64,000 bases of DNA from assembly GCA_965203175.1 (NCBI GenBank), contig OZ241867.1, positions 3,936,001-4,000,000 of the forward strand, read 5' to 3'. Shown here in pieces: positions 1-11,592 of this stretch. The notes beneath the pieces were generated by a model that saw nothing but the letters and a program-made list of their open reading frames with translations, did not search any database and was not told the origin of the DNA. The position numbers and the translations under genes are program-made. The stretch comes from Candidatus Latescibacterota bacterium (GTDB taxonomy: Bacteria > Latescibacterota > UBA2968 > UBA8231). How positions within the stretch are numbered: position 1 is the first letter of the stretch; each line of letters starts with the position of its first letter.

Positions 1-821
1 AATTTCGTCCCACAACCCCGACGCTGCGCTACAAGACAGTCAACTCCTTTGAGGAGCTAACGCGCAGTAAGCCCGAGAAGTCTTTGCTCGCAGCTGCCGT
101 TGGCAAATCGGGCGGGCGCAACAATCAGGGCCGCATGACCATGCGTCGGCGCGGTGGGGGGCACAAGAGGCGCTACCGCGTCATCGACTTTAAGCGCACC
201 AAGCTCGGTGTGCCGGGTCGGGTTACCGCGATCGAATACGATCCCAACCGCTCGGCATTTATTGCTCTTGTCGTCTATGCCGATGGAGACAAGCGCTACA
301 TTCTCGCGCCTTTGGGGTTGAAGATCGGAGCCCACGTCATCGCCGGTCCCAATGCCCCCATCCAAGTCGGGAATGCCTTGCCGTTAGCCAATATTCCCTT
401 GGGGGCGACGATTCACAACGTCGAGCTCAATCCCGGTCGCGGTGGGCAGTTAGCGCGCAGCGCGGGCGCTGAAGTGCAGCTTCTTGGCCGCGACGGCGGG
501 CGGGCGCAGTTGCGGCTGCCTTCCGGGGAGAATCGCGAAGTGCTGGTCCAGTGCATGGCGACCTTGGGGCAAGTGGGAAATATAGAACACGCCAATATCG
601 TCATTGGCAAGGCCGGTCGCTCTCGTTGGTTAGGGCGAAGACCCAAGGTGCGGGGCGTAGTTATGAATCCGGTGGATCACCCGCATGGGGGCGGCGAAGG
701 CCGATCTTCAGGCGGACGGCACCCAGTCACCCCTTGGGGCAAGCCCACCAAAGGGTACAAGACGCGCAGGCGCAAAAACCGAAGCAATCAGTGGATCATA
801 CGCCGGCGCAACGTGAAGTAG
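1..821 (+). CDS. rplB: 50S ribosomal protein L2 (5'-truncated by window edge)
   Basis: Frame is open from position 3 ([11 protein letters not shown]...). [16 protein letters not shown] and [14 protein letters not shown] motifs. Confidence 0.99.
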   Translation, partial: FRPTTPTLRYKTVNSFEELTRSKPEKSLLAAAVGKSGGRNNQGRMTMRRRGGGHKRRYRVIDFKRTKLGVPGRVTAIEYDPNRSAFIALVVYADGDKRYILAPLGLKIGAHVIAGPNAPIQVGNALPLANIPLGATIHNVELNPGRGGQLARSAGAEVQLLGRDGGRAQLRLPSGENREVLVQCMATLGQVGNIEHANIVIGKAGRSRWLGRRPKVRGVVMNPVDHPHGGGEGRSSGGRHPVTPWGKPTKGYKTRRRKNRSNQWIIRRRNVK

Positions 822-830
822 CGAGGGATT

Positions 831-1118
831 ATGGCAAGGTCGATCAAAAAAGGCCCTTTTATCGACGGGCATTTAGCAAAAAAGGTCGAGCACCTCAATC
901 GCACGGGCGATAAGCAGGTCGTACGGACTTGGTCGCGGCGTTCAACCATTACACCCGACTTCGTCGGCCATACGCTAGCCGTTTACAACGGCAATAAGTT
1001 CATTCCGGTGTACATCTCAGAGAACATGGTCGGGCACAAGCTCGGCGAGTTTGCTCCGACCCGCACTTTTCGCGGTCACGGAGGCCGGTTGACCGAACGC
1101 GGCACGAGGATTCAATAG
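831..1118 (+). CDS. rpsS: 30S ribosomal protein S19
   Basis: [31 protein letters not shown]; operon order. Confidence 0.99.
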   Translation: MARSIKKGPFIDGHLAKKVEHLNRTGDKQVVRTWSRRSTITPDFVGHTLAVYNGNKFIPVYISENMVGHKLGEFAPTRTFRGHGGRLTERGTRIQ

Positions 1119-1119
1119 C

Positions 1120-1467
1120 ATGGAAGCCCAAGCTGTCCTCAAACAGATTGGCGTCCCGACCACTAAGGTGCGCCAACTCATCGATCTGATTCGCGGCAAG
1201 CCAGTCGCCGAGGCCCTTACCATTCTTCGGTTTTCTCCTCGCCCAGTGGCCAAGCTGGTCGAAAAGACTCTGCGTTCGGCTATATCCAATGGAGTAAATC
1301 AAGACGAAGAAAATCCGGTTGACGCCGATGATCTCTACGTAACTCGCGTCTTCGCCGACGAAGGACGCGATCTCAAGCGCATTCGTCCGCGGGCTCGCGG
1401 CTCGGCTGATCGCATTCGCAAGCGCCACTGCAATCTTACGGTCGTCGTCAGCGACGAGGTCAACTAA
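1120..1467 (+). CDS. rplV: 50S ribosomal protein L22
   Basis: KVRQLIDLIRGK, KRIRPRARG; operon order. Confidence 0.98.
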   Translation: MEAQAVLKQIGVPTTKVRQLIDLIRGKPVAEALTILRFSPRPVAKLVEKTLRSAISNGVNQDEENPVDADDLYVTRVFADEGRDLKRIRPRARGSADRIRKRHCNLTVVVSDEVN

Positions 1468-1477
1468 GGGGGACACC

Positions 1478-2134
1478 TTGGGCCAGAAAACACATCCATA
1501 CGGCTTCCGTCTCGGGGTCATCAAGCCTTGGCGTTCAAATTGGTTCGCCGAAAAGGATTTTTCCGAGTTGCTCAAGGAAGACCTCATGCTGCGGCGCTAC
1601 GTGCGCCAGCGCCTACAGCGAGCTGGCGTGTCCCAGATCAACATTGAGCGCCAGCCCAAGCGGGTTACCGTTGAAGTGCATACTGCCCGTCCTGGTATTG
1701 CCATTGGTCGCCGGGGGGCCGAAGTCGATAAGATTCGCGACGAGCTCAAGGCACTGACCAGCAAGGATGTCTCGCTCAATATCCAAGAGATCAAAAAGCC
1801 CGAACTGGATGCTCAGTTAGTAGCCGACAATCTCGCCCGCCAGCTAGAGCAGCGCGTTTCTTTCCGCCGGGCCATGAAGAAATCCGTCGCCTCGTCGATG
1901 CGCATGGGGGCCGAGGGTATCCGCATCGTCTGTTCCGGGCGCATCGGTGGTTCGGAGATGGGGCGGCGTGAGCGGTCTGAGCCAGCCGGTCGGGTTCCCT
2001 TGCACACGCTGCGCGCCGATATCGACTATGCCATGGCGACAGCGTACACCGTATCGGGGACTGTGGGCGTAAAAGTTTGGATTTGCCACGGCGAAGTCGT
2101 GGCTGAAGAAGAAGGGGCCGCGCGGGCGGTCTAA
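1478..2134 (+). CDS. rpsC: 30S ribosomal protein S3 (TTG start)
   Basis: MGQKTHPYGFRLG, KH domain, GRVPLHTLRADIDY. Confidence 0.99.
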   Translation: MGQKTHPYGFRLGVIKPWRSNWFAEKDFSELLKEDLMLRRYVRQRLQRAGVSQINIERQPKRVTVEVHTARPGIAIGRRGAEVDKIRDELKALTSKDVSLNIQEIKKPELDAQLVADNLARQLEQRVSFRRAMKKSVASSMRMGAEGIRIVCSGRIGGSEMGRRERSEPAGRVPLHTLRADIDYAMATAYTVSGTVGVKVWICHGEVVAEEEGAARAV

Positions 2135-2152
2135 TTACAGCGAGGCACTCTC

Positions 2153-2560
2153 ATGTTGATGCCCAAGAAGTCCAAGTGGAGGAAGCAGGCGCGAGGCCGC
2201 ATGCGCGGCCAGACCAAAGGCGGGGACATGGTCTCCTTCGGCGAATATGGCCTCAAAGCCCTCGAGCCTTGTTGGGTTACCAGCCGTCAGATCGAAGCTA
2301 TGCGCGTGACAATTAGTCGGGCGATGAGCCGCACAGGTAAGATGTGGATCCGCATTTTTCCCGACAAACCAATCACCAAGAAACCGGCCGAAACTCGCAT
2401 GGGCAAAGGCAAGGGGCCGCCCGAGGGATGGGTTGCGGTGGTCAAACCCGGGCGGGTGATGGTCGAGCTTTCCGGGGTGCCCGAAGACATGGCCCGCGAG
2501 GCATTCCGCCGCGCTGGTCACAAACTGCCCATCAAGACCAAAGTCGTCAAACGAGTTTGA
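2153..2560 (+). CDS. rplP: 50S ribosomal protein L16
   Basis: [34 protein letters not shown]. Confidence 0.99.
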   Translation: MLMPKKSKWRKQARGRMRGQTKGGDMVSFGEYGLKALEPCWVTSRQIEAMRVTISRAMSRTGKMWIRIFPDKPITKKPAETRMGKGKGPPEGWVAVVKPGRVMVELSGVPEDMAREAFRRAGHKLPIKTKVVKRV

Positions 2561-2564
2561 AGTT

Positions 2565-2780
2565 ATGAAGGTCAGCGAATTGCGCGAGATGAGTTCAGAG
2601 GAAGTGCAAAACAGGTTGGAAGAACTGCACGAGGAATTCTTCAACCTGCGTTTTCAGCACGTAGCCGGCCAGTTGACCAGTCCCATTCGCTTGCGGCAGG
2701 TGCGGCGCGATATTGCCAAAGCGCACACGGTGCTCAAAGAGCACTCCCTTGGGATTCGTCCCCTAGCCGGTGGGAAGTAG
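2565..2780 (+). CDS. rpmC: 50S ribosomal protein L29
   Basis: ELREMS...FNLRFQ...RQVRRDIAK. Confidence 0.98.
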   Translation: MKVSELREMSSEEVQNRLEELHEEFFNLRFQHVAGQLTSPIRLRQVRRDIAKAHTVLKEHSLGIRPLAGGK

Positions 2781-2788
2781 GGAGGGAA

Positions 2789-3046
2789 ATGGCTAAACAA
2801 AAGACAGGCCGGCGTCAGGCCGAAGGCCGAGTGCTCAAGGCCAGCAATATCAAGACGCGTATCGTGGCGGTTGAACAGCGTATTCCGCATGCCCTGTACG
2901 GCCGGATCATCCGCCGCACCGCCAAGTTCGTCGCCCACGACGAGCGGGAAGAGTCGCAGGTTGGCGATTTGGTGCGCATTGAGGAGTGCCGGCCTATGAG
3001 CAAGACTAAGCGTTGGCGGCTCGTTGACGTATTAGAGCGGCAGTAA
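2789..3046 (+). CDS. rpsQ: 30S ribosomal protein S17
   Basis: AHDE, GDLVRIEECRPMSKTKRW. Confidence 0.98.
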   Translation: MAKQKTGRRQAEGRVLKASNIKTRIVAVEQRIPHALYGRIIRRTAKFVAHDEREESQVGDLVRIEECRPMSKTKRWRLVDVLERQ

Positions 3047-3073
3047 ATAAAATTTAGGCTTGTTAGGAACGAA

Positions 3074-3442
3074 ATGATTCGGGAATACAGCGTAGTCAAA
3101 ATGGCGGATAATGCCGGGGCCCGCACGGGCCGTTGCATTCGCGTCCTCGGCGGCTCCCGCAAGCGCTATGCCAGCATTGGCGATATGATTGTAGTTGCTG
3201 TCCACGGCGTAGCACCGAATGGGGCCTTAGAGGAGGGGCAAGTCGTCAAGGCCGTAGTCGTGCGGACCAAGAAGGAATACCGCCGTCCCGATGGCTCTTA
3301 TATCCGCTTTGACGACAATGCCGCCGTATTGGTCAACGACGACAAAGAGCCAACAGGTACTCGCATCTTCGGGCCTGTAGCCCGCGAGCTGCGCGAAAAG
3401 CAATACATGCGCATTGTCTCGCTGGCACCCGAGGTAGTCTGA
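3074..3442 (+). CDS. rplN: 50S ribosomal protein L14
   Basis: [29 protein letters not shown]. Confidence 0.99.
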   Translation: MIREYSVVKMADNAGARTGRCIRVLGGSRKRYASIGDMIVVAVHGVAPNGALEEGQVVKAVVVRTKKEYRRPDGSYIRFDDNAAVLVNDDKEPTGTRIFGPVARELREKQYMRIVSLAPEVV

Positions 3443-3453
3443 GGAAGAGCCCA

Positions 3454-3771
3454 ATGGACATTCGCAAAGACGATACAGTACAGGTTATAAGCGGCAACGA
3501 TAAAGGCCGGCGCTCGACCGTACTCAGCGTGTTTAAAGATCGGGGGCGAATCATCGTCGAAGGCGTGAATATGCGCAAGCATCACACCCGTCCCACATCG
3601 CGCGATCCCCAAGGTGGTATCGTCGAACGCGAGGCTCCGATCCACGTTTCCAATGTCATGATCGTTTGCCCCAAGACCGACCAACCGACGCGCATTAGTC
3701 ACAGGAAGTTGGACAACGGTAAATACGTGCGCGTCTCTGTCCGCAGCGGCGAAATGATCGACCCGGAATAA
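3454..3771 (+). CDS. rplX: 50S ribosomal protein L24
   Basis: KOW motif (DTVQVISGNDKG), EAPIHVSNV. Confidence 0.99.
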   Translation: MDIRKDDTVQVISGNDKGRRSTVLSVFKDRGRIIVEGVNMRKHHTRPTSRDPQGGIVEREAPIHVSNVMIVCPKTDQPTRISHRKLDNGKYVRVSVRSGEMIDPE

Positions 3772-3774
3772 GCC

Positions 3775-4320
3775 ATGTACGAAGCCAGACTAAAAAAACA
3801 GTACAGAGAAGAGGCGCTGCCTCAACTCAAGACCCGATTCGCCTTTAAAAACGACATGCAGGTGCCGCGCTTGCAGAAGGTAGTCGTCAACATGGGCGTT
3901 GGCGATGCGGTACAGGAGCCCAAGGTGCTCGAAGGAGCTGTATCCGAATTGACGGCGATTACCGGTCAAAAGCCCGCCATCCGCCACGCCAAGAAGGCGA
4001 TCTCAAACTTCAAGTTGCGCGTCGGCATTCCCATCGGCTGCATGGTCACCTTGCGGGGTACCCGCATGTACGAGTTTCTCGACCGCTTGATCAGTTTCGC
4101 CTTGCCGCAGGTTCGAGATTTCCGCGGTGTTTCTCCCAAGAGCTTCGACGGACGTGGCAACTACAATTTGGGCATCAAGGAACAGATCATATTTCCCGAG
4201 ATCAACTACGATATGATCAACCAAGTTCGGGGCATGAATATTACCATTGTCACCTCGGCCAAAAGCGACGAGGAAGGCCAAGAGTTACTCCGATTGTTGG
4301 GCATGCCCTTCAGTCAATAG
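3775..4320 (+). CDS. rplE: 50S ribosomal protein L5
   Basis: [27 protein letters not shown]. Confidence 0.99.
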   Translation: MYEARLKKQYREEALPQLKTRFAFKNDMQVPRLQKVVVNMGVGDAVQEPKVLEGAVSELTAITGQKPAIRHAKKAISNFKLRVGIPIGCMVTLRGTRMYEFLDRLISFALPQVRDFRGVSPKSFDGRGNYNLGIKEQIIFPEINYDMINQVRGMNITIVTSAKSDEEGQELLRLLGMPFSQ

Positions 4321-4339
4321 AGCTAGAAAGAATTTGCTA

Positions 4340-4525
4340 ATGCCAAAGAAATGCCTGATAGCCAAAGCGCAGCGCAAACCCAAGTTTTCCACGCGAGCCT
4401 ATACCCGCTGCCACCGCTGTGGGCGCCCGCGTGCAGTATATCGCAAGTTTGGCCTGTGTCGCATCTGTTTTCGCGAGTTGGCCCTCAAGGGGGAGATTCC
4501 GGGCGTTAGCAAGGCGAGCTGGTAG
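4340..4525 (+). CDS. rpsN: 30S ribosomal protein S14, zinc-binding (type Z), 61 aa
   Basis: ATG at 4340; CHRCGR...CRIC zinc ligands; ends KASW. Confidence 0.98.
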   Translation: MPKKCLIAKAQRKPKFSTRAYTRCHRCGRPRAVYRKFGLCRICFRELALKGEIPGVSKASW

Positions 4526-4543
4526 CGAGCTGGAGAAATCAAT

Positions 4544-4942
4544 ATGAGCATGACGGATCCCATAGCAGACATGTTGACCCGCATTCGCAACGCCTGTAGC
4601 GCCAAGCATTCGCGAGTTGACGTGCCCGCCTCTAAGCTAAAGCGAGAAGTGGCCCGCGTATTGGCCGAGTCTCGTTTTATCGACAACTTTGCCTTTATTG
4701 AAGATGGCAAGCAGGGCATTTTGCGGCTCTATCTGCGTTACGATCAGAATGACAATAGCATCATCCGCGGACTAGAGCGCGCTAGTAAGCCCGGGTTGCG
4801 TCAATATGCGGGCAAAGCTGATATCCCGCGCGTGCTCCGCGGGCTGGGTATCGCCATCGTCTCCACCTCTAAGGGAGTGATGACGGATAAAGAAGCGAGG
4901 ATGAACGGCGTAGGCGGCGAGATCCTCTGTAGCGTCTGGTAA
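4544..4942 (+). CDS. rpsH: 30S ribosomal protein S8
   Basis: [32 protein letters not shown]. Confidence 0.99.
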   Translation: MSMTDPIADMLTRIRNACSAKHSRVDVPASKLKREVARVLAESRFIDNFAFIEDGKQGILRLYLRYDQNDNSIIRGLERASKPGLRQYAGKADIPRVLRGLGIAIVSTSKGVMTDKEARMNGVGGEILCSVW

Positions 4943-4967
4943 ATAAAGCCACTGGGAGAATGTTAGA

Positions 4968-5525
4968 TTGTCGCGCATAGGCAGCATACCCCTTCCCCTA
5001 CCGCAGGGCGTCGAAGTCGTATTGGCTCCAGCTGAGGTCTCCGTAAAAGGGCCAAAGGGCCAATTACAGGTGCCGTTTGTCGTCGAGCACCTAGCGGTGT
5101 CTCAGCAGGATAGCGCTTTGACTGTGACGCGTAAAGGCGAGAGCAAACAGGCCCGCTCTCTGCACGGATTGACTCGCACCTTGATCGCCAATGCGATCGA
5201 GGGAGTTTCTGAGGGTTTTTTTAAGAACTTGGATCTATTCGGCGTAGGGTACCGGGCGGAGGTTAAAGGCAGACAACTCGTGCTCCACGTAGGCTATTCG
5301 CACCCGGTGATCTACGAGGTGCCCAAGAGTATCCAAGTTGAAGTGTCCGAAGGCACTGGAGGAGCACAAGCCCGCATCGTCGTTCGGGGCATTGACAAGC
5401 AGTTGGTGGGTCAGGTGGCCGCCGATATTCGCTTCAAGCGCCGCCCAGAGCCCTACAAGGGCAAGGGGATCCGCTATGAGAACGAGACTATTCACTGGAA
5501 ACAGGGCAAGGCGGCAGTAGCCTAA
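4968..5525 (+). CDS. rplF: 50S ribosomal protein L6 (TTG start)
   Basis: [22 protein letters not shown]. Confidence 0.99.
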   Translation: MSRIGSIPLPLPQGVEVVLAPAEVSVKGPKGQLQVPFVVEHLAVSQQDSALTVTRKGESKQARSLHGLTRTLIANAIEGVSEGFFKNLDLFGVGYRAEVKGRQLVLHVGYSHPVIYEVPKSIQVEVSEGTGGAQARIVVRGIDKQLVGQVAADIRFKRRPEPYKGKGIRYENETIHWKQGKAAVA

Positions 5526-5899
5526 TGAAAGACAAAAAACACCTAGTCGAGAACCGCCAGCGCCGGCAGCGCCGGCGCCACCGACTGCGCAAGATCGTCT
5601 CTGGTACGTCCGCGCGCCCGCGCATGGTGGTGCATCGTTCCCTGCGCCATATTGAGGTGCAGCTCGTTGACGACGTGGCAGGTCATTCTCTTTTAGGGCT
5701 TTCCACTCAATCTCAGGAGCTAAGGGAACGGCAGTTTGACAATCGCGTGGCACAAGGGCACGAGGTTGGCAAAATGGTCGCTGCTAAGGCGCGCGAAAAA
5801 GGCATTGAGCAGGTCGTCTTTGACCGCGGTGGATTCCTCTATCACGGGGTGATCAAAGCCGTGGCCGACGGAGCGCGGGAAGCCGGCTTGAATTTCTAA
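5525..5899 (+). CDS. rplR: 50S ribosomal protein L18
   Basis: [21 protein letters not shown]. Confidence 0.98.
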   Translation: MKDKKHLVENRQRRQRRRHRLRKIVSGTSARPRMVVHRSLRHIEVQLVDDVAGHSLLGLSTQSQELRERQFDNRVAQGHEVGKMVAAKAREKGIEQVVFDRGGFLYHGVIKAVADGAREAGLNF

Positions 5900-5910
5900 G
5901 GGAGAACGGC

Positions 5911-6444
5911 GTGGCGAAAGCAGATACTAGCAGAGCGAAATCCGATTCCAGCGATGGAGAGTTGAGCGAAGTTGTCGTTCAAAACAGCATCAAGCGAGTT
6001 TCGCACGTGCGCAAGGGAGGGCGGCGCTTCAGCTTTAGCGCGATGGTTGTAGTTGGCGACCGCAATGGCCGAGTGGGGTTTGGTGCTGGCAAAGCCGGCG
6101 AGATTGCCGAGGCCATCCGCAAGGGTGCCGAGGCGGCGAAAAAGAACGTCGTCGAGGTCCCAGTGACTGATGGGACCATACCGCATGAGATCGTCGGGGT
6201 TTTTGGCGCAGCCAAGGTACTTTTTAAGCCAGCTACCCCGGGAACCGGGATCATCGCCAGCGGCGGCACCCGCATCGTACTGGAGCTAGCCGGCGTTCAC
6301 GATATTCTGACCAAATCCCTCGGATCCAACAACGTGCAGAATTCAGTGAAGGCGACCGTCAAAGCACTGGCGCAACTGCGCAGTGCCGAGATGATCGCTC
6401 GGGAGCGCGGCGTGCCGGTGGAATCGCTTCGCGCTTGGGATTAA
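5911..6444 (+). CDS. rpsE: 30S ribosomal protein S5 (GTG start)
   Basis: [29 protein letters not shown]. Confidence 0.99.
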   Translation: MAKADTSRAKSDSSDGELSEVVVQNSIKRVSHVRKGGRRFSFSAMVVVGDRNGRVGFGAGKAGEIAEAIRKGAEAAKKNVVEVPVTDGTIPHEIVGVFGAAKVLFKPATPGTGIIASGGTRIVLELAGVHDILTKSLGSNNVQNSVKATVKALAQLRSAEMIARERGVPVESLRAWD

Positions 6445-6450
6445 CAGCCA

Positions 6451-6633
6451 ATGAAACTAGTCATCACACAGCGGCGCAGTGCCATCGGACGCGCCAGAGG
6501 TCAAAAGGCGACGATTGAGGCTTTGGGAATCAAGCGCCTGTATCAACAGGTCGTACACGACGACACGCCCCAGATCCGGGGTATGATCGCCAAAGTCAAG
6601 CATCTGGTCGCAGTCGAAGAAGCAGAACAGTAA
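6451..6633 (+). CDS. rpmD: 50S ribosomal protein L30
   Basis: RSAIG, ALGIKR, IRGMIAKVKHLV. Confidence 0.98.
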   Translation: MKLVITQRRSAIGRARGQKATIEALGIKRLYQQVVHDDTPQIRGMIAKVKHLVAVEEAEQ

Positions 6634-6646
6634 GCGAGAGTGTGCC

Positions 6647-7096
6647 ATGCGTCTAGAAAACATAAAATGCCCTCCGGGGTCTAAGCGGAACCGCAAGCGG
6701 CTGGGACAAGGGCCAGGTTCGGGGACGGGTAAGACCGCGGGCAAAGGCCACAAAGGTCAGCGGGCTAGGTCCGGTGCTAGACGCGGTAATCGCGTTGGGT
6801 TTACTGGCGGTTCGCTGCCGCTGTTTCGCCACATTCCCAAAGTGGGTTTTTCCAACCACAAATTCAAAACGGTCTATCAGGTCGTCAATCTGCGCGATCT
6901 CGAAGAGAGGGGACTCAGCGGGGAAGTTGGGCCAGAGGAAATGGCTGCTGCCGGCTTGATCGCCAAGCCATCAGGGCTGCTGAAGGTCCTAGGCGAAGGA
7001 GAACTGAGTCAGCCCTTGACGGTCAAGGCGCACAAATTTTCCGCTGCGGCAGCAGAGAAAATTGTCAAAGCGGGTGGCCAGGTCGAGGTGATTTGA
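6647..7096 (+). CDS. rplO: 50S ribosomal protein L15
   Basis: GSGTGKTAGKGHKGQRAR, KVLGEG, AHKFS. Confidence 0.99.
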   Translation: MRLENIKCPPGSKRNRKRLGQGPGSGTGKTAGKGHKGQRARSGARRGNRVGFTGGSLPLFRHIPKVGFSNHKFKTVYQVVNLRDLEERGLSGEVGPEEMAAAGLIAKPSGLLKVLGEGELSQPLTVKAHKFSAAAAEKIVKAGGQVEVI

Positions 7097-8439
7097 TGCA
7101 ATTAGTGCAAAGTTTTCAAAACTGCTTCAAAATTCCCGATTTGCGGCGTCGCATCCTCTTCACCGTAGGGATTTTGGTCGTCTATCGCATCGGTGGTCAG
7201 ATCACGGTCCCCGGCGTCGAGTTGGCCGTACTCAAAGAGTTCTTTGAAAACACTGGCAACACCCTCTTTGGGCTGTACGACATGTTTGTGGGCGGTGCCT
7301 TTACGCGCGGGACGATCTTCGCTCTGGGTATTATGCCCTATATCAGCGCCTCGATTATTTTGCAATTGCTGGGTGCGGTTATTCCCTACTTCCAGAAATT
7401 GCAGCGCGAAGGAGAAGAGGGCCGCAAAAAAATCACCCAGTACACACGCTATGGTACAGTCTTTCTGGCAGCGGCTCAGTCCTACGGCGTCAGTTTTTTC
7501 ATTACCAGCATCAAGGCCCCGTACTCGGGTCAGCCGGCGGTTGCCGATCCGGGCATTGGCTTTACGCTGGCGACCATGCTGACGATTACCACTGGCACAA
7601 TCTTTATCATGTGGCTAGGTGAGCAGATCACGGAGCGCGGTATTGGCAACGGCATTTCTCTGATCATCTTCATCGGCATCATCGCCGAGTTGCCCTACGC
7701 GATCAATCAGGAGTACGAACTTTTTGTCATCAATCGCGGTTTCAGCAAGAATATCATTGAAGAAATTTTTCTCGTCGCGCTAATGTTCGCCGTAGTGGCC
7801 TTTGTTATCTTGCTGACCCAGGGTCTGCGCAAAATTCCCGTGCAGTACGCCAAGCGCGTCGTCGGACGGCGGGTTTACGGCGGTCAGACCACGCATATTC
7901 CTTTGCGGATCAACACCGCGGGCGTGATTCCGATCATATTTGCCCAGTCGATTATGTTCCTGCCCGGCACGATCACGCAGATGTTCCCAGGCTATGAGTT
8001 CATGCTGGCGATAGGTTCGTTTTTCTCGACCGAATCCATGTTCTATTGGTTCGTCTATGGGCTAATGATCATCTTCTTTTGTTATTTTTATACTGCCATC
8101 GTCATGGATCCCAATCAGCTCTCTGACAACATGAAAAAGCACGGGGGATTCATCCCAGGCGTCCGTCCCGGTCCTCGGACCGCTCAGTACATCGACGGTA
8201 TTATGACGCGCATTACCTTGCCGGGCTCTATCGCCCTCGCGCTGGTGGCAATTTTTCCCTTCTTCGTCACGAGGCAATTCAACGTGGCCCCTTCTTTTGC
8301 CCAATTTTTTGGCGGTACAGGGCTCTTGATTGTCGTTGGCGTGGCTTTAGACACTTTGCAGCAGATAGAGTCTCAGCTAATGACTCGCCATTACGAGGGA
8401 TTCATGAAGCGGGGCAAAATCCAGGGACGCCGAGGCTAA
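7096..8439 (+). CDS. secY: Preprotein translocase subunit SecY
   Basis: [41 protein letters not shown]; ATG overlaps the rplO stop (TTG at 7093 is an alternative start). Confidence 0.99.
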   Translation: MQLVQSFQNCFKIPDLRRRILFTVGILVVYRIGGQITVPGVELAVLKEFFENTGNTLFGLYDMFVGGAFTRGTIFALGIMPYISASIILQLLGAVIPYFQKLQREGEEGRKKITQYTRYGTVFLAAAQSYGVSFFITSIKAPYSGQPAVADPGIGFTLATMLTITTGTIFIMWLGEQITERGIGNGISLIIFIGIIAELPYAINQEYELFVINRGFSKNIIEEIFLVALMFAVVAFVILLTQGLRKIPVQYAKRVVGRRVYGGQTTHIPLRINTAGVIPIIFAQSIMFLPGTITQMFPGYEFMLAIGSFFSTESMFYWFVYGLMIIFFCYFYTAIVMDPNQLSDNMKKHGGFIPGVRPGPRTAQYIDGIMTRITLPGSIALALVAIFPFFVTRQFNVAPSFAQFFGGTGLLIVVGVALDTLQQIESQLMTRHYEGFMKRGKIQGRRG

Positions 8440-8461
8440 AACCTCATTTGGAGTGAGTATC

Positions 8462-8578
8462 GTGAAAGTTAGAGCATCCGTCAGCAAGCGCTGTAACGAG
8501 TGCAAGATCGTCCGTCGAAAGGGGGTCGTGCGCGTTATATGCAAGCGCAATCCCCGCCACAAGCAGAAACAAGGCTGA
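8462..8578 (+). CDS. rpmJ: 50S ribosomal protein L36 (38 aa, zinc-binding; absent from the ORF track)
   Basis: Manual translation from GTG: [38 protein letters not shown]. Confidence 0.98.
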   Translation: MKVRASVSKRCNECKIVRRKGVVRVICKRNPRHKQKQG

Positions 8579-8589
8579 GGAATAACACT

Positions 8590-8970
8590 ATGGCGCGCAT
8601 AGCAGGTGTAGATTTACCCCGCGACAAACGAGTCTCCATCGGATTGACCTATATCTTTGGCATTGGGCACGCGACGGCCAATCGCATCGCCTCCCAAGCT
8701 AGGATTGATCCCCAGACTCGCATCAGCGAACTAAGCGAAGACCAGGTCAATAGTTTGCGCTCGATTATCGAGGTCAGCCACAAGGTCGAAGGTAGTCTGC
8801 GCGGCGAAACTACCATGAATGTTAAGCGGCTGATGGATATCGGCTGCTATCGGGGTTTGCGGCATCGTCGCGGGTTGCCGGCCAACGGCCAGCGCACCAA
8901 GACCAACGCCCGCACGCGCAAGGGGCCGCGGCGAGCCATTGCCGGCAAGAAAAAGGCCCCCGTCAAGTAG
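8590..8970 (+). CDS. rpsM: 30S ribosomal protein S13
   Basis: ATG at 8590: [34 protein letters not shown]. Confidence 0.99.
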   Translation: MARIAGVDLPRDKRVSIGLTYIFGIGHATANRIASQARIDPQTRISELSEDQVNSLRSIIEVSHKVEGSLRGETTMNVKRLMDIGCYRGLRHRRGLPANGQRTKTNARTRKGPRRAIAGKKKAPVK

Positions 8971-8996
8971 ATAACCTAAACGGAGAGGATTGACCT

Positions 8997-9383
8997 TTGC
9001 CGCCCGAAAGACGCAGACGCAAGAAAGCAAAACAGGTAGAGGCTGTGGGCGTGGCGCATATTCTGGCCACGTTTAACAATACGATCATCACCCTTACCGA
9101 TACTAGCGGTAATGTGATTTCTTGGGCGACCCCGGGGAAAATGAGCATCAAGGGCAGTCGCAAATCTACGCCCTTTGCCGGCCAGCTCGCCGCTGAAAAG
9201 GCCGCTCAAGAAGCCATGAATATGGGACTGCGCCGCGTAGAGGTCTGGGTCAAGGGGCCGGGGGTTGGGCGCGAGTCTGCCATTCGTGCTTTACAAAACG
9301 CTGGACTCGAAATTTCCGCAATCCGCGACGTGACTCCCATGCCGCACAACGGCTGTCGACCACCCAAGCGCCGCCGCGTTTAG
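8997..9383 (+). CDS. rpsK: 30S ribosomal protein S11 (TTG start)
   Basis: [34 protein letters not shown]. Confidence 0.99.
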   Translation: MPPERRRRKKAKQVEAVGVAHILATFNNTIITLTDTSGNVISWATPGKMSIKGSRKSTPFAGQLAAEKAAQEAMNMGLRRVEVWVKGPGVGRESAIRALQNAGLEISAIRDVTPMPHNGCRPPKRRRV

Positions 9384-9399
9384 AGGAGCTAACTACGTT

Positions 9400-10026
9400 A
9401 TGAGTAGGCATACAGGTCCCAACTGTCGCTTCTGCCGCCGGGAAGGGGCTAAACTCTTCCTGAAGGGCGAGCGCTGCAACCTCGAAAAATGCTCCTTTGA
9501 GCGGCGCAGCTATGCCCCGGGCCAGCACGGTCAGGGCTTGCGGCGCAAGCAGTCCGACTACAGCGTGCAGTTGCGGGCCAAACAGAAGTTAGCCCGGCTC
9601 TACGGAATCCGCGAAGGTCAGTTCAGGGGCTATTACAAGGAGGCCTCGCGAGTGCCGGGCGTTAGCGGCGAAAACCTGTTGCGCTTGTTGGAGCGCCGCC
9701 TCGACAATATCGTCTATCGGCTCGGCTTCGCGCCGTCGCGCAAGGCCGCGCGCCAGCTAGTGCGCCACAACCACATTGTGGTAAACGGCAAACGGGTCAA
9801 TATCCCTTCCTACCTGACCCGGATGGGCGATGTGGTGCAGGTTACCGAGCGCAGTCGCCAGCTAGAGGCCATTCACGAATCGCTGCGGCGCTCGCGGGAA
9901 ACCGTACCTTGGCTGGCCATAGACAAGGTTAACCTGACTGGGACCGTAGCAGAGATTCCCGGACGCGAAGACATTCCCACGGTTGCCGAAGAACAATTGG
10001 TCATCGAGTTTTATTCTCGCGTCTGA
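9400..10026 (+). CDS. rpsD: 30S ribosomal protein S4 (Cys-containing zinc form)
   Basis: CRFCRREG, LERRLDNIVYRLG, ARQLVRH, IEFYSR. Confidence 0.99.
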   Translation: MSRHTGPNCRFCRREGAKLFLKGERCNLEKCSFERRSYAPGQHGQGLRRKQSDYSVQLRAKQKLARLYGIREGQFRGYYKEASRVPGVSGENLLRLLERRLDNIVYRLGFAPSRKAARQLVRHNHIVVNGKRVNIPSYLTRMGDVVQVTERSRQLEAIHESLRRSRETVPWLAIDKVNLTGTVAEIPGREDIPTVAEEQLVIEFYSRV

Positions 10027-10069
10027 AATTTTACTCCGCCTAATCCATCAAGGGGCAAGAGGCTAAAGT

Positions 10070-11086
10070 ATGAAATTAGAAGGTCTCCATATGCCGAGGC
10101 TGGTCGAGGTCGAAAAAGAGAGCCTCAGCGATACATATGGCATGTTTATTGTCCAGCCGCTTGAGCGCGGTTTTGGCGTCTCTATAGGGCACGCACTGCG
10201 CCGCGTATTGCTGTCCTTTATCCAAGGAGCCGCGATAAAGCAAGTTAATATCGAAGGCGTGCATCACGAGTTTTCCACGATTGCTGGGGTGCGCGAGGAT
10301 GTGCCGGAGATCGTGCGCAACTTCAAGGAAGTGGCGATTCGCTATCGCGGAGAGGAGGATCGCGTCTTGCGCGTCGAGCGCGCGGCAGACGGGGCCTTAG
10401 TAGCCAAGGATCTAGAAGTGGACCCCAGCGTCGAGGTGATGAATCCCGACCTGCACATCGCCACCTTGGATAAAGGGGCCTCCCTGAAAATGGAACTAAC
10501 CGTCGGCTACGGTCGCGGTTACCAGTTCGCTGAGGAGAATAAAATCCCCGATCAGCCCATTGGTGCTATTCCACTCGATACGAACTATTCGCCGGTTCTC
10601 AAGGTCCACTACGAGATCGAGAACGCACGCGTCGGGCGGCGTACTGACTACGACAAGTTGATTATGGAAGTCTGGACTGATGGCTCAGTACATCCCGAAG
10701 ACGCCATGTCCCAAGCCGCCCAGATCCTGACCGAACATCTAAGCCTTTTTATTAATTTTACAGAAGAGCCCGAAGGCACCGAGGAAAAGGAAGTTGACGA
10801 GGAGGCCAAGAAGATCGTCCAACTCCTGCAAACGCCCGTCGAAGAAATCGAGTTGACGGTGCGCTCGGCCAATTGCCTCAAAGCCGCAGGAATCACCCAT
10901 CTCAGGGATTTGGTGTCGCGCACGGAGGCCGAGATGTTGCAGTATCGCAACTTTGGCCGCAAATCGCTCAACGAGTTGCAGAAAATACTCGAGGAAAACA
11001 ATCTTAGCTGGGGTATGGACCTGACTCCGTACGACAGCATTGAGGTCGACCAAACAGCGGACAACCCGCTGGCGGAAGAATTCTAG
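10070..11086 (+). CDS. rpoA: DNA-directed RNA polymerase subunit alpha
   Basis: [39 protein letters not shown]. Confidence 0.99.
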   Translation: MKLEGLHMPRLVEVEKESLSDTYGMFIVQPLERGFGVSIGHALRRVLLSFIQGAAIKQVNIEGVHHEFSTIAGVREDVPEIVRNFKEVAIRYRGEEDRVLRVERAADGALVAKDLEVDPSVEVMNPDLHIATLDKGASLKMELTVGYGRGYQFAEENKIPDQPIGAIPLDTNYSPVLKVHYEIENARVGRRTDYDKLIMEVWTDGSVHPEDAMSQAAQILTEHLSLFINFTEEPEGTEEKEVDEEAKKIVQLLQTPVEEIELTVRSANCLKAAGITHLRDLVSRTEAEMLQYRNFGRKSLNELQKILEENNLSWGMDLTPYDSIEVDQTADNPLAEEF

Positions 11087-11088
11087 CC

Positions 11089-11514
11089 ATGAGACACGGC
11101 AAAAAAATAGCCAAACTGGGGCGCACGGCTCCACACCGCAAGGCCATGTTGTCCAACATGATGGCCTCGCTCTTTATCAACGAGCGCGTCACCACCACCC
11201 AGACGCGCGCCAAAGAGCTCAAGCGCACGGCCGAGCGGGTGCTGACCTGCGCCAAGAAAGGCGACCTGCACGCCCGGCGCCAAGTGCTACGCGTCATAGC
11301 CGACAAGCAGGTGGTCGCCAAGCTGTTTGACGAACTCGGACCGCGCTACAAAAGCCGCAACGGAGGCTATACGCGCGTGATCAAGTTGGGCCCGCGGCGC
11401 GGCGACGGGGCATTTATGAGCATCGTCGAACTCGTGGATCGCCCCGAGGTGACCACGGAAGAAGCTCAGCAGGCTGAGACTGCAGAAGAAGAGGCTCCTA
11501 AGGCCGAAGAATAA
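11089..11514 (+). CDS. rplQ: 50S ribosomal protein L17
   Basis: [29 protein letters not shown]. Confidence 0.99.
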   Translation: MRHGKKIAKLGRTAPHRKAMLSNMMASLFINERVTTTQTRAKELKRTAERVLTCAKKGDLHARRQVLRVIADKQVVAKLFDELGPRYKSRNGGYTRVIKLGPRRGDGAFMSIVELVDRPEVTTEEAQQAETAEEEAPKAEE

Positions 11515-11539
11515 GGTGGGCGTCCAAAGGCAAGTAGTG

Positions 11540-11579
11540 ACGGGGCAAGATGATGACCATCTTGCCCCGTTTGCATTTT
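11540..11579 (+). terminator. Probable intrinsic terminator of the alpha operon
   Basis: Perfect 13-bp stem ACGGGGCAAGATG / CATCTTGCCCCGT, 5-nt loop, followed by TTGCATTTT. Confidence 0.8.
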
Positions 11580-11592
11580 AGATAGGTAACAC

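Noticed and set aside
1478-9000. Several TTG/GTG starts and zinc-binding forms of S14, L36 and S4
   Set aside because: Both are common in bacterial ribosomal operons.
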